IMG/VR virus record: IMGVR_UViG_3300044716_000219 | Span: 1-61,093 of that record | Direction: 5' to 3' (one strand) | Source of the DNA: a virus | Taxonomy: Duplodnaviria; Caudoviricetes | Length of the DNA: 61,093 bases | Shown: positions 48,001 through 57,500 of the stretch, piece by piece | Numbering within the stretch: the stretch's first letter is position 1 | Layout: every line of letters starts with the position of its first letter | Position numbers and translations under genes: made by a program | The notes under the pieces: model-generated | Database searches by the model: none | Told to the model about the DNA's origin: nothing | The model's input: only the letters and a program-made list of their open reading frames with translations

Positions 48001-50866
48001 CTGCGCCTTGGACTTGAACGGCATTTGTTTTCTCCAGTTTAGCCATCTTGACAGACAGCTCTTTAGTTTGACCGCTTTGGAAATCAACGGTCACGATGGT
48101 TGCATCTCCGTCGCCGGAGAATCCTTTGACCACGCCGGTACCCAACTTAGGGTTTACTACGGTGTCGCCAACTTCAAGACCCTTACGGTCAGCAGCACGT
48201 TTAGCAGCGGCTTCGGCACGAAGTTTTTCAGCTTCAGCTGCTTTTGCGGCATCTTTTTCTTCGGCGGCTTTTTGAGCAGCTTCAGTTTTCTTTTCAGCTT
48301 TAGTTTGTTTGCGTTCAGCTTTAGGAGCAGTAATACTTTCTGTCAGCGCAGTGTAGTCAGCTGTTAAAGCGTTAATGCGTTCGGTAGCAGCAGCCTCGGC
48401 TTGAGCCAATCCAAGTTGTTTTAGTTCGGCGGCAGCGGCTTGCAATTCAGCAATTTTGTCTGCAATGTTTACCAACTTCACGGCCATCTGGCTTCCGGCG
48501 GTACTGGCTTTCTGCCATTCGCGAGAATCATCTAAGCTGGCAAACATTTCACCGGCTTCACCTTCAAGACCTAAGTTCTTCAAAGCAGACGTCAAATCAC
48601 CAGACTCAATGTTTCCTTTGACCTGATCGATTTTTTCACTGAGCTCCGACATCTTGGCAATGTCAGCTTTAGAGGGCGACGCTTTAGCTTCCAGTTTGGC
48701 AAGATCACTTTCCAATTTGCCGAGTTCTGTCGAGGCGGCTTTCTGTGCGGAGTCAATGCCCAAATGAGTAAACACTTGGTTGCGATCAAAGCCCATGTCC
48801 TCTGCAATATCTGCAAGGATTTCTGGGTTACCGATCTGACGAACGCGAGACGCATCAATACCAAAGGTGTCAGCAACTTCCTTAGCGACGTTACCTTTGT
48901 AGCCTTCAGGTACAGATTTACGGGCAAGAATATACGCCTGCAAGATTTTGCGGTCGCGCTCTTTATTCTTTGACTTGGCGAGGTGCTGGTCAATGACAGC
49001 TTCCATTTCGTTATTGCCAAAGTCGAGTTGATCTGCGCGACCGCCTTCTTGGTCTTGGCGCATGGCTTCAATCTCGGCAGCGTTGCCTGTGGCACGAGCA
49101 ATCTCTAACGCATCATCTGAAGTGTCGACCAGATTAGTAGTACCGGGTGCACTGCGAGTAGTTTGGCCTTGGTCTACAACGGTAGATGGTTGGCCACTGG
49201 TGCTTGGAAGAACTCCAGCTTGTTGAGGTGGGGCTCCAGCTGCGGTGGTATCTCCACCCACTGTTCCTTGGACAGCAACATCTGATCCTGCAGCTCCCAC
49301 AGTTCCCGGAACGACAGCGCCCCCGACTCCCAAGCCTCCTGCAGGCTGTTGTACAGTAGAAATTCCTGTGCCACTTGATGCCTCCTTGCGTGCTTGAATA
49401 ATAGCAGCATCGAGAAGTTGTTGCACTTTCTCCAAACGCTTAGGAGTCATTGGCTTTGGGTCTGAGGCGTAATTCCACACGTCCTGAAATACAGGGCTAG
49501 ACAACTCAAGGTTGTTTTCCTTAGCGAGTTTCTGTATCTCATCAAAAAACTGCAAAGACGAGGGCGTAGCGATAACACCGAATGTGTCGCGCAACTCGGT
49601 TCTGGGAGTAACTGTCAAGGGAGCTGGAGCGCTACCCAACAAATTTGCTCCGCTAAGAGGGTTGCCCATCAACGAAGACGCCGCTGTACCTGTAAGACTT
49701 TCGCCCAACGGTTGAGTCAGATCAGTTTCTTCACTAATTAAAGTTGGTGTTGTTAGTTTAGGGCCGCCTAAAGGATTAGCCATTAACGCAGCAGGATCAG
49801 TACCCGTGAGGCTTGCTCCAAGAGGTGCTTTTGTTTCAAGACCAACTTGTGGCTGCTCTGGAGCCAGCAAATTTAATTCTTGCTGAGGGGCTTGATACTG
49901 TTCACTACGACGCCAGCCGCCAGCTGCACCACCAATAGTGCCGCCAAGAAGCGCACCGCCAATAGCTGATTCTTTATAGCGAGCAAGCGCAGCATCAGAC
50001 AAGAACTGCTCGTTAGGGTCAACGGCCATACGGCCAAGCTGACTAGTCATTTCCTGAAGGGTCTCAGTGCCACCTTCTACCAAACCGGTAGTTAAGCCTG
50101 TGGCTGCTGTGCGAGCCACACCGCCTCTAAATCCAGAAAGGTCATCAAGCGCTCTAACACCCGATCGGAAACCCTGCTGCCTAGCCAACGCGCCTTCTAG
50201 ACCGAGAGCGTTCAGAGCTGAGTAGGGGACACCAAGAGCTGCTGCAGCACCTAAATTTGTTTGACCGTCAGCCTGTTCTCGTTGGGCTTGCAGAATATCG
50301 CCGACTGCGGATGGGTAGCCAGCAGTGACACCGCCAAGAGTCTGGCCTGTACGGAGCGCTCTAGTAGCCTGTGCGGCAGCGTTTACATCTCCGGCAGTTT
50401 GTGCAGCGCCGAGGGCTGCACGAGTACCAGTCATCAAACCACGAGCAACTAAACCACCACCAAGGGCCTCAGCCATGTATGGGGCGGAGCCAATAGCCAA
50501 ACCGCCAATGTAGCTTGGCAGATCAGAAACACCTCGAACATCTTCAAAGCTTTCAATGGCACCTTGTGCGCGAGCTCGTTCGGAGGCTACGTTAGCTTCA
50601 AACTCATTGGCCTCACGACCACGACGGAAGAAGTCTGCGCCTGTAACCGCTTCACCCAAACCATACAAACCTGCTTGATATCGGTCAAGAGCTGCACCAG
50701 TGCGAAGTCCAGAGATTCCAGACTGTGTAGGCTTGTAACCATATTCCGAAGCAATCCTACCGGGGGATACACCCGCCGCAGTAGAAGCTAATTGCAGAAG
50801 CTGCTCATCGCTTTTATCGTTAGCAAACGCCCCGAGGGCGGATCGCAGGTCTGCAATAGACGGCAT
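42083..50866 (-). CDS. Giant polyvalent internal virion/ejection protein (2927 aa)
   Basis: Last of three ejection genes; Tudor-like, LDT-like, HEVGAH, ART-like and PLxRFG-like (YAPIKRTG) segments. Confidence 0.85.
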   Translation of the reverse strand: MPSIADLRSALGAFANDKSDEQLLQLASTAAGVSPGRIASEYGYKPTQSGISGLRTGAALDRYQAGLYGLGEAVTGADFFRRGREANEFEANVASERARAQGAIESFEDVRGVSDLPSYIGGLAIGSAPYMAEALGGGLVARGLMTGTRAALGAAQTAGDVNAAAQATRALRTGQTLGGVTAGYPSAVGDILQAQREQADGQTNLGAAAALGVPYSALNALGLEGALARQQGFRSGVRALDDLSGFRGGVARTAATGLTTGLVEGGTETLQEMTSQLGRMAVDPNEQFLSDAALARYKESAIGGALLGGTIGGAAGGWRRSEQYQAPQQELNLLAPEQPQVGLETKAPLGASLTGTDPAALMANPLGGPKLTTPTLISEETDLTQPLGESLTGTAASSLMGNPLSGANLLGSAPAPLTVTPRTELRDTFGVIATPSSLQFFDEIQKLAKENNLELSSPVFQDVWNYASDPKPMTPKRLEKVQQLLDAAIIQARKEASSGTGISTVQQPAGGLGVGGAVVPGTVGAAGSDVAVQGTVGGDTTAAGAPPQQAGVLPSTSGQPSTVVDQGQTTRSAPGTTNLVDTSDDALEIARATGNAAEIEAMRQDQEGGRADQLDFGNNEMEAVIDQHLAKSKNKERDRKILQAYILARKSVPEGYKGNVAKEVADTFGIDASRVRQIGNPEILADIAEDMGFDRNQVFTHLGIDSAQKAASTELGKLESDLAKLEAKASPSKADIAKMSELSEKIDQVKGNIESGDLTSALKNLGLEGEAGEMFASLDDSREWQKASTAGSQMAVKLVNIADKIAELQAAAAELKQLGLAQAEAAATERINALTADYTALTESITAPKAERKQTKAEKKTEAAQKAAEEKDAAKAAEAEKLRAEAAAKRAADRKGLEVGDTVVNPKLGTGVVKGFSGDGDATIVTVDFQSGQTKELSVKMAKLEKTNAVQVQGAAVVPVQPETQAGQGVGGQVRRTEKPAGKGQTQGQAKGQVDRGRALWESLSDKTPGLVPYEQLTKLEQEYLTDLAVRTNGKPVVAKEMGLQQLLTKEPVTIDVEARVIEETVGPRVAALPAPQVNRLEKHYNLKRDSAEFLAKVKEDVVLYATKGAEAVAGAIRDIIKTLHAGVLSVAMIFNPGAISQIESFMVIPQETKVTTQQVLAEVPAEAAMMSDAGKQAYARLVPALKDKIGNKFITIADKPSGRIFVFKADGSFVLQKKSLFGLAKGDLYIGNNDLPQNRVTPAGLFGIKIIDAAKGGSAAVTAGDYDFGKVFALEDPDAVVTFMHSVWLKEKDAPQRAAALKSEAAGDSRYSFGCINVDKETYRDLITKYGDNMDGSKLFVVPDAQNTVNDFITGNVPDDRLVREGVQPVTKTVSTPVKSATTQAAADRTVVAKEENMLFGKDGKAKKPYTAKQLLAELKDFIRADIPGRKLMVVNTIDDLLNDPDSKVRAVGEAIQKENAYGVATDGRAYLIADRINRGSGRAKFMHEVGAHLGLENLLTKQTYNKLIEQLQSWAKKKDGSIESVLAQRATKRFESAGTAETQQNNELLAYFLEEAIDAGIDPTAVSKESGPLMDWFRTLWAAFKIAARKLGFKPESLTAQDVVNLAFGAARLEINGTWHGTAAAFRRFNHDFMGTGEGAQAYGWGSYFAQSVGIAKGYWSADVERKTVTTKAKALYDGVAIGRASPEQNAATVPVYKLMFERGLTAAEAIKEASADLERYIAKKKTVLESAKRTLAEKRSSSKPSGPEQGYVDVLTSTIETSSEDLAAIKSLDPAKFSVTPETTVAPKGSLMRVDIPIADEDVLNWDEPLSKQPAILAKIEASISDILREDVEDQVGADLADMTGDEFYRGLGFVEVRTGAVSEEFDVEDYNKRLANTGFKEIVSKYLDEKLGIPALKFLDQNSRGNQFQTQIKLQQLQEVLREKELAVEKATKEADKWESLQDKAPPEQKEYARKTWLNAVDARTAAEFQAEQVRQDVERLKRKVIRLGNPTRNIVVFNDQNIFRVGSQAAADRQRMQFGKNAPNQGAINRNINKLPQQLRQPATNIVGGLGDIMGRGLDYVVFTSDLVARATKAGLPAERFAKALANRTAAASERERRIEKIADMYATIEDEHKGRGPGTVNDFLLESTRQAKWGYDSGSLKADPAMAAMFNALKPKAQAFVKAVFQHGNTMLSEKKQTVLNSATSEYDALIAIAKQAGDTKTETELKTEKANTLERFKTLFKIREGLPYAPIKRTGPWAVVSRSDEYVAAVNAKDTKRIKELEKDPEHYQVSFVDSKWEARNLEAKIGEEFPGLSTGIIKRAEAMDKFNSEALLPALTKLRATVDANEGTANAKVYNLISQLYLETLAEDSARKSEMRRRGISGEVDMLQSFTTQGRADANFLASIEFSPEIQESLQAMRKESKKGDVTRRTELFDELSTRYVESLNYNVTPWVEKLTNLSSKYFLATSPGYYIQNLTQPFMMSVPAMAGRHDYNKVGTALWTAYSELGPLFKNTKLFGQQFDFTQVPDDVREAIDTLVKRGSIDIGLATEINEYKVEADSKLSQSAQRVNKAMRLAIQKTEAINRLSTAMAAYRLELARTKGNKQAAIEYAAGILQDTHGDYTSMNAPRIFNSNFGKIALQFRKFQLVQIGFYVKLLNDIRDPKERKAALRTLGFSLAHTGIFAGAMGLPGYAAVAALAGFFLGDEDEPFDLTEWMRKELGPEWSQLVMRGTPTLIGVDLSGKIGAGNMLSIAPFADLDLTTQAGVAQAIGTIAGGAAGGMTARMVDGLGLMANGDIYRGLEQTMPKGISDMLKAGRIAGEGLTRRNGDVILSADDVSQVGQVFAAMGLPSAKVAETYQARQSALDLEKNFTERSTKIKNQFAKAYREQDSEGMAKARESWKNLQEARRRNDLKPQPLSSLLRAPQEQRKRETKIAEQID
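47884..48024 (-). CDS. Nested out-of-frame basic protein, 46 aa (MPFKSKAQQ...)
   Basis: GGAG SD 8 nt before ATG; overlaps a low-complexity linker of the host frame. Confidence 0.6.
   Translation of the reverse strand: MPFKSKAQQSYLFSQKPKLAKEWAAKYGVPKSLPAKVKPKAKPKAK
49174..49374 (-). CDS. Nested out-of-frame acidic protein, 66 aa (MAQEFLLYNSLQEAW...)
   Basis: AAGGAGG SD 6 nt before GTG; overlaps a G/A/V/P-rich linker. Confidence 0.6.
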   Translation of the reverse strand: MAQEFLLYNSLQEAWESGALSFRELWELQDQMLLSKEQWVEIPPQLEPHLNKLEFFQAPVANHLPL

Positions 50867-50896
50867 AGAGGCACCTTTGTTCTAACTGCTAATAGT

Positions 50897-52546
50897 TTAC
50901 TTCAAACCAAACCTTTTCGCACGAATTTCCTCGTCGGCGGTTAGAGGTTGTTTGCTGGCTATTTTGGATTCTAAGTAAGCTTTATAGCGAGCCTGACCAG
51001 CATCAAGCCCCTGACCCACAGCAGCCACCAAGTTAGGAGCGGTTGGAGGTGTTTCACGAGCAACTCCTGTGACAGAACTAACATTTGTCTTTGGACGATT
51101 TGGGTCAAGTCCAAGATTAGTAGATGTCTTTGCCGGAGCCGACGCTGCAGCTGGAGCAGAAGCATTTGGTTTTTCGTTGGCCAGAATTTGTTTAGCCAAC
51201 GCCGCAGGATCAAGGCTTGCGTTAGCGCCGCCAGTGCCTAAATACTGATTAAAGATTTGGTCTGTAATAGCTTGTCTAGCTGACTGAAAAGTATGCTGGG
51301 GGCCTTTTTTGTTGGTCGGGTCTACGGGAGTACCCACCAATTGTTCAGCAGCCTTAGCGATTTTCTCAGGGTCAAGCGCGCCAATAGGAACCACATTTCG
51401 CTCTAAAGGAATTTGCACACTCTCAAGGTCACCGCTTTGTCTGTTAAAACGCAAAGCACTCATCACCTGAATAGGATTGCCTTTCTCGTCTCGAGAATAT
51501 CCCACCTGCACACCAGACAATTGGTTTGCAGCGCTTCCGCCCTCTTGGGAGGCTTTTTTTGCCATTGCGTTGTAGTAACCAACTTGGGCCTTTTTTGTGT
51601 CTTCGTCCAAGCGAAACTTAGCCAACTCAAACGCGCCGCCTTCTCTGATTCGAGAATCAACACTAAGAGCAAATTCATCAGCAGACTTCGCTTCGAGGAA
51701 AGGAACACGCGTGCCGTCCTTGTTAACTTGCGTTACTTTAAAGCCGTCAATTTCAAGTGTGAAACTATCGTTTAACTCGTCAATAGCTTTAAGCGCAGCG
51801 GCTGGGCCTTTTAGCCTAGCCTGCCTAATAGTCTGGTCAAACTTAGTACCATCAATCAAAAGTTTGTTGCGCTCATTAGTGCTGTAGTTTGCTTGCAGCG
51901 CAGCAGCAGCTTCAGGGCCTCTGAATTGGGCCACAGCAGCCAAAACGGCAGCATCTTTATCTTCTGGCTTATCGTATTTAGTGTCGTTAATCTTTGCAAA
52001 TGCTGCGTCAAAATTAGTAGTTTTTTCCTGTGCTGTTCGCGCTTGGCCAACTTGGATACCTCCCAATTCAACTTGCTGGCGCAAAGCTTGCGCTTGTAAA
52101 GGAGCCATCTCATCTTCGCGTTCTGCCCTGACAATGTCTCTTCGCATCTGGAGACCAGCTGTTGGATTCCGCTCGGCGACTACGTCAGCAATCGCGTACT
52201 GTCTAGCGCGCTCAATTTCTGCCTGATTAGGCATCTGATTAAAAGTCTGCTGGCCTACTTGGTAGCGGCTCAAACCAATCCGCTGACCCTCCACCGGCAT
52301 TTGAGGGGCGTAATTTACTTGTTCTTGGGGAGTTAGGCCAAACACCTCGGCGTCTTGGACTGCCATTGCTTGTGCTTCTGCACGAGCGCGGCCAATTTCT
52401 TCTGGTGTAGCTTGTCGCTGTTGAACTTCTTGAGGGGTCAGTGCTTTCGCTGCACGAATCCCTTCTTGCTCTTTAACTCGGTCGTAAACGTCTAGTGCTT
52501 GTCTAGCTACCTGCGAACCTGCCTGAAAACCTGATGCCCATCCCAT
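50897..52546 (-). CDS. Internal virion/ejection protein
   Basis: GGAGG SD then MGWASGFQAG; helical, Q/A-rich. Confidence 0.75.
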   Translation of the reverse strand: MGWASGFQAGSQVARQALDVYDRVKEQEGIRAAKALTPQEVQQRQATPEEIGRARAEAQAMAVQDAEVFGLTPQEQVNYAPQMPVEGQRIGLSRYQVGQQTFNQMPNQAEIERARQYAIADVVAERNPTAGLQMRRDIVRAEREDEMAPLQAQALRQQVELGGIQVGQARTAQEKTTNFDAAFAKINDTKYDKPEDKDAAVLAAVAQFRGPEAAAALQANYSTNERNKLLIDGTKFDQTIRQARLKGPAAALKAIDELNDSFTLEIDGFKVTQVNKDGTRVPFLEAKSADEFALSVDSRIREGGAFELAKFRLDEDTKKAQVGYYNAMAKKASQEGGSAANQLSGVQVGYSRDEKGNPIQVMSALRFNRQSGDLESVQIPLERNVVPIGALDPEKIAKAAEQLVGTPVDPTNKKGPQHTFQSARQAITDQIFNQYLGTGGANASLDPAALAKQILANEKPNASAPAAASAPAKTSTNLGLDPNRPKTNVSSVTGVARETPPTAPNLVAAVGQGLDAGQARYKAYLESKIASKQPLTADEEIRAKRFGLK

Positions 52547-52547
52547 A

Positions 52548-53573
52548 TCAAACCTCCAACATCTCAATGCCGAGACCGGCGTAATTAACTGCTTTGTAGC
52601 CGTCAGGCATTGTGAACACCATTTCAGGGTAACGTTTTTCAACGTCGTCGGCCATCACGCCCAAGAAGCGTTGGCCGGTACCGCCAATATATTCAAACTC
52701 ATAGAGTGGCAACATGGTACGCTTATCGTGGCCAACCACTTCAATATTTTCTTTGAGGCGGCGATCAGACTTGGCAAGACCGGCTGCGCCCAATGTGGCA
52801 CCAGCGCCGAGGATAGAACCCCACATTTCGCCTTGAGCGTTAAGACCTGTGTTGTACGCACTTGTTTGAGAGCCGAGAATTTGACCTTGACCTGTAATAC
52901 CCATCTGAGCGCCGCCCATCATATAACCAGCGCCTTGGCCAAATGCAGAGCTGTACTGATTACCCGGAGCCATGGCAGAACTAAGTCCAGTAGAACCTGA
53001 AGTGTTAGCGCCGCCATAAGCACCAAGAGAAGCACCTGCAAGACCACGACCCAAGCCAGTGACATCTAAACTACGAGCGAAACCTGTTTGTTCGGCTTGG
53101 CGACGAGCGTTAGTAGCTGCACCGGCAGTCATACCTGCAAGACCAAGGGCGTTCTGGTTTCTCATCATCAAAGCAGCGCCAGACGAGGCGTTAATACCGC
53201 GACGAGCCATCTCTCGATTGCTTACACCTTGAGCAGACTGGAATGCATTAGCTGCATCGGCTGCGGCTTGAGCGGCAAGTTGTTGTCTATTGCCTTCGGT
53301 GTTGTAGGCTTGGGCCTGTGCGACTAGACCTTGTTCCAACGGTCGGAACGTTTGCCTCTGGTAGTCGTAGTAATCGCGCCCCTGTCGCATCAGTTCTTCT
53401 TGAGCAGCCATTTGCTGGGCAGCAACTCGTTCAGCCAGAGGTTTCATTTCCTCATACTGACGTTGTGCAAAGTCCATTTGACGATTGCCTAGACGCTCTG
53501 CAGTAGCAATACCACGTTCCGTGGCAGCGGCCATCGCCGAATAGTCTGGTGGTGCTGCTGATTTTCCGCCCAT
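52548..53573 (-). CDS. Pilot/ejection protein with C-terminal S74-like domain
   Basis: AAGGAG SD then MGGKSAAPPDY; G/A-rich; KSDRRLKENI. Confidence 0.75.
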   Translation of the reverse strand: MGGKSAAPPDYSAMAAATERGIATAERLGNRQMDFAQRQYEEMKPLAERVAAQQMAAQEELMRQGRDYYDYQRQTFRPLEQGLVAQAQAYNTEGNRQQLAAQAAADAANAFQSAQGVSNREMARRGINASSGAALMMRNQNALGLAGMTAGAATNARRQAEQTGFARSLDVTGLGRGLAGASLGAYGGANTSGSTGLSSAMAPGNQYSSAFGQGAGYMMGGAQMGITGQGQILGSQTSAYNTGLNAQGEMWGSILGAGATLGAAGLAKSDRRLKENIEVVGHDKRTMLPLYEFEYIGGTGQRFLGVMADDVEKRYPEMVFTMPDGYKAVNYAGLGIEMLEV

Positions 53574-53575
53574 AT

Positions 53576-53992
53576 TTACTCCTTGCGCAGCCAACGACAG
53601 GTGTCAGGCCGCATTACCAAAATCTGCATATCAGCGCCGGGAGCGCCGTCTTTCATTACAAACTCTTCTTCAAACCCAAGATGCTTATCGAATTCTATGA
53701 TATGTGGTTCATTTGTGGGCACCATACCAGTGAGTCTTTTTAACTGGCAGTGGTTAAATGCATAGTTGCACACATGCTCGAAGAGGGGAATGATTTGCTT
53801 CGTCTGCCGTGCGATGGCTATATGACATGTAGCGTTTGATCCATTGTAGTTGTTTATGACTACTCCGGCTAGAACCTCGTCACCCTGCATGACACCGAGT
53901 GCGTAGAAACTTCCCCAGTCTGCGTTCTGACCGACACGCTCAGCAACCCAAGCGCCAATACGATCTTTCTGGTCAAAGACAAGTTCTGCCAT
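53576..53992 (-). CDS. GNAT-like acetyltransferase
   Basis: YAFNHCQLKRLTGMV..N......HLGFEEE (RimJ/RimL-like). Confidence 0.75.
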   Translation of the reverse strand: MAELVFDQKDRIGAWVAERVGQNADWGSFYALGVMQGDEVLAGVVINNYNGSNATCHIAIARQTKQIIPLFEHVCNYAFNHCQLKRLTGMVPTNEPHIIEFDKHLGFEEEFVMKDGAPGADMQILVMRPDTCRWLRKE

Positions 53993-54006
53993 GTGCGTAT
54001 TATGTC

Positions 54007-54513
54007 TTATTGCGGTGGAGTTGGCCAGATGATTTCTGTAGGATAGCCGGATTGTTCTGTGATGTCACGCAGCTCTTGTCGGTAGGTTGCCCATGCAGTT
54101 TTAGTAGCCAACAGTACATCAGGCATTTGAGTCCAATCAGAAGCAGCAAGAAAACGATTGCGTCGCTCTCTAGCTTTGGTTTCTAGTACCGGAATGTCGG
54201 GAATCCACTCTTTAGTGACATAGTCAAAGATGTAGTCGGCGGCAGGTGGAAAGCTACTTGTAATAGTCCCACCAACAACTTCAACCCATGGAGCTGTCCG
54301 TGCATCGTCGGGTTGGTCTGAGATTTCGTACTTTTTGGTGTCTGAGTTAAACCAAGTCGTACCGCGGTAGTCGGCAGTAAGTACCCATGTTAAGCCATTC
54401 CATTTGGGGCGCAACTTACCTTGAGCCTCGGGTGGGGCCTCAGATACTCCAGCAGGCGAATCCACATAGATTGTCCCGCTGTAGAAATTGTCATTGTCGT
54501 ATGTGTATTTCAT
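54007..54513 (-). CDS. Tail fibre assembly chaperone
   Basis: RNRFLAASDWTQMPD...WATYRQELRDI..Q.GYP. Confidence 0.85.
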   Translation of the reverse strand: MKYTYDNDNFYSGTIYVDSPAGVSEAPPEAQGKLRPKWNGLTWVLTADYRGTTWFNSDTKKYEISDQPDDARTAPWVEVVGGTITSSFPPAADYIFDYVTKEWIPDIPVLETKARERRNRFLAASDWTQMPDVLLATKTAWATYRQELRDITEQSGYPTEIIWPTPPQ

Positions 54514-57500
54514 GCTCGGTTAAGTATCCATCGTACTTGCGTGGGGACTGTGAGGTAGGTAAAAGTGCTTGATACGTTTGTAATGATGTAGTGCCGCAGA
54601 AAAATAAAAACCCGATTATCGTCTGTGGTCGTAGACCCGCCAACTGAGTAACGTCTGTTTACAACGACTTCAGCAACAACAGTGATATTAAACTGCCCAT
54701 CCCCGCCAGAATAGTTAGACTCGGACAAAGGCTGAGCACTACAAGAAAACGGCTGTCTGAGGATGACGGCTAGAGGGAACGCCGAAAAATAATCGTCAGT
54801 TATGTTTGTTGGGACTACACGATTAATATTGACAAGCTGAGATGTTCCGACTGGAAGGGGGGTGTCAATGTAGTAGCCGCCCTCACCGTCGTTCATATAA
54901 GTACTGGTATAACCCAATAATGTCTGAGATGGCAGGGTAAGAACTCCACTTTCCAGAACGTTACGACGGGCGACGTTCATGCTGTCAGCAGTCAGCGTAG
55001 ATGCTGTTACAGCTCCAGAAAAACTACCAGTCGCACCAGACAGAGCGCCACTAAAGGTGCCGGTAGCACCAGACAACGCACCACTGAACGTACCAGACGC
55101 ACCAGTCAAATCACCCTTGAACGTGGCGTTACCCGCATTGTCCAGAGCAAAAGTTGTTAGGCCGTTCTTAGTTCCAACGATACCAGTGCTGCCGATGTAG
55201 AAACCATTGAAGCCCGGTTGGCCGTTTAGCGCAGGGTTGCCCACAGTGATTGCGGATGCTGCGTTTAGCGTCACAGGGCCAGTCAGAACCTGAGCACCAG
55301 CCCTTGCAAGTTTAGCGTCAGCAGCGGATTGAGCTGCAGCAGCGGCAGAGGCAGCGGAGTTAGCAGTAGACTGAGCAGTTGAAGCTGCGGAGGCAGCGTT
55401 GTTGGCTGTGTTCTGTGCAGTAGAGGCCGCAGAAACGGCGGTATTCGCCGTACCTTGAGCCGTAGAAGCCGCTGCAACGGCAGAATTTGCCGTTGAGTTA
55501 GCCGTGTTGGCTGTTGAGTTAGCATTGTTAGCTGTATTGACAACAGTAGAAGCAGTAGTTCCAGCGATCGAACCTGTGACATCACCAGAAAAAGAACTGG
55601 CTCCAAGGCTAGAACCCGCAGACAGAATCACTGTGCCGTCAGCCGCACGGATTGACAGACCGTTTGAATTAATCTGAGACGCAACCAACTGGCCACGGAT
55701 GGAGGCAGCACCAAACTCAGCGGAGCCACTACCATCGATCTTCCAGCCAGCAGAACCATTGACATAGTTGGCAGATTGAATGTACTGACCAACGCTGATG
55801 GAACCAGCTCTGATTTTGTCAGCAGACAAAGAAGCAATCTTGGCATTGTCCACCGCGAGGTTGGCGATCTTAGCGTTAGTGATCGTGCCGTTCTGGATGT
55901 AGCCGTCAGTGATATACACACCAACAGGAACCTCTACACCGCCAATAGTTACGGGTGTTGTCCGGACAATAAACGGCATCGTGGGCGTGATGCCCGGGCC
56001 GCTAGGGCTTGCAATATAGAACGAGTCAGAACGAACAGCAAAGGTACTGGTTGCCCCCGCATCATTAGCCGTAGAAGCCAGACCGAAACCAGAGACATAA
56101 CCGTTTAGGTCAACCTTGACTGTGTACTTGCCTTCAAGCGCAGTACCGCTAGCCTTGGTGAAGTAGTTAGCCTGCAACGCCGCAGTCGTTGTGTAGTTGT
56201 TCAGTGTGCTGGTTGAGACAAGCGTAGACGTAGCAGAACTGATTGCCGAGTCCGTGGCTGTCTTGGTGTAATAGTTTGTTGTCAGTGTGGCGTTAGTAGG
56301 GTAATTACCTAGTGTTGTAGCTAAGCCACTGTTTGAAACCAAATTGGTTGTTGCGGAACTAATCGCACTGTCAGCCTGAGTCTTGGTGTAGTAGTTTGTT
56401 GTCAGGGACGCCGTGGTTGTATAACTACCAAGAGCTGTGTTCAGAGCGGTCGTCGATACCAAGTTAGACGTAGCCGCACTAATTGCAGAGTCCGCACCTG
56501 TCTTGGTGTAGTACAACGAGTTCAGGGTAGCCGTGTTGGTGTACGAACTTAGCGCAGTATTTAACGCAGTCGTGGAAACCAAGTTCTGAGTTGCTTGGCT
56601 AATGGCCGAGTCTGCGGCTGTCTTTGTGTAGTAGTTGGCAGTCAGTGTCGCCGTGTTGGTGTACGCGGTTAGAGCCGTGTTTAGCGCAGTCGTAGAAACT
56701 AAGAACTGCGTAGCCGAACTGATTGCAGAATCTGTCGCTGTCTTTGTGTAGTAGTCCGCCACCAAACCTGCGGTATTGGTGTAGTTGCCCAGAGCGGTGT
56801 TTAGCGCAGTTGTGGAAACCAACGTGCTTGTCGCAGAACTAATGGCTGAATCAGTTGCTGCCTTGGTGTAGTAGTTCGTCAGCAAAGTCGAGCGAGTCGC
56901 TGGCAGGCCAGTTGTAGCGTCATTGACTTGTGCACTAAGGGACTGGCGAAGCGTTGACTCAGCACTTAAATCGCTAACAACAGTTGCAATCTGTGTAGTG
57001 TGCGCAGCAACAACCTGACCAAGTGATGTGTAGTCACCGACCTTTGTCCAGTAAGTGGTGTTGGTTGGTAGATTGCCAGTCGTAGTTGACTTGGCTTGAT
57101 AAATAGCGCCGTTGTATGTGACTAGATCGTTTGTCGCATAGGTCGTTGTGTTTGAATACGCAGGAGTATTCTGAATATCATTGACCTGTGCTTGCACCGC
57201 ACCAACGCGAGCATTGACTGACCCGGGAACACTGGCTGCAGCGTCAATTAAATCAATGCGAGCGCCTAGGTCGGTATAAAGCTGTGCGGCTGTAAGTTCC
57301 CCAGTCAGGGCTTCAAGAAGCTTAGCTACATCTTGGCCTGTAGTAACAACAAGACCGTTAGTTCCGCCAGCAGGGGATGCGCTTAAAACGCCATCAATAG
57401 ATTCCCACTTAATCCACAAGTGCCACTCGGTGGCTGGGTTTGTAGAGTAAGACGTAACCGCGCCAGAAAACTGGGTAATCTCAACAGCATCTGCAAAGAC

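Noticed and set aside
48592-49101. 169-aa same-strand alternative-frame ORF in the giant gene
   Set aside because: No convincing SD; composition typical of an off-frame read; the host frame looks globular here
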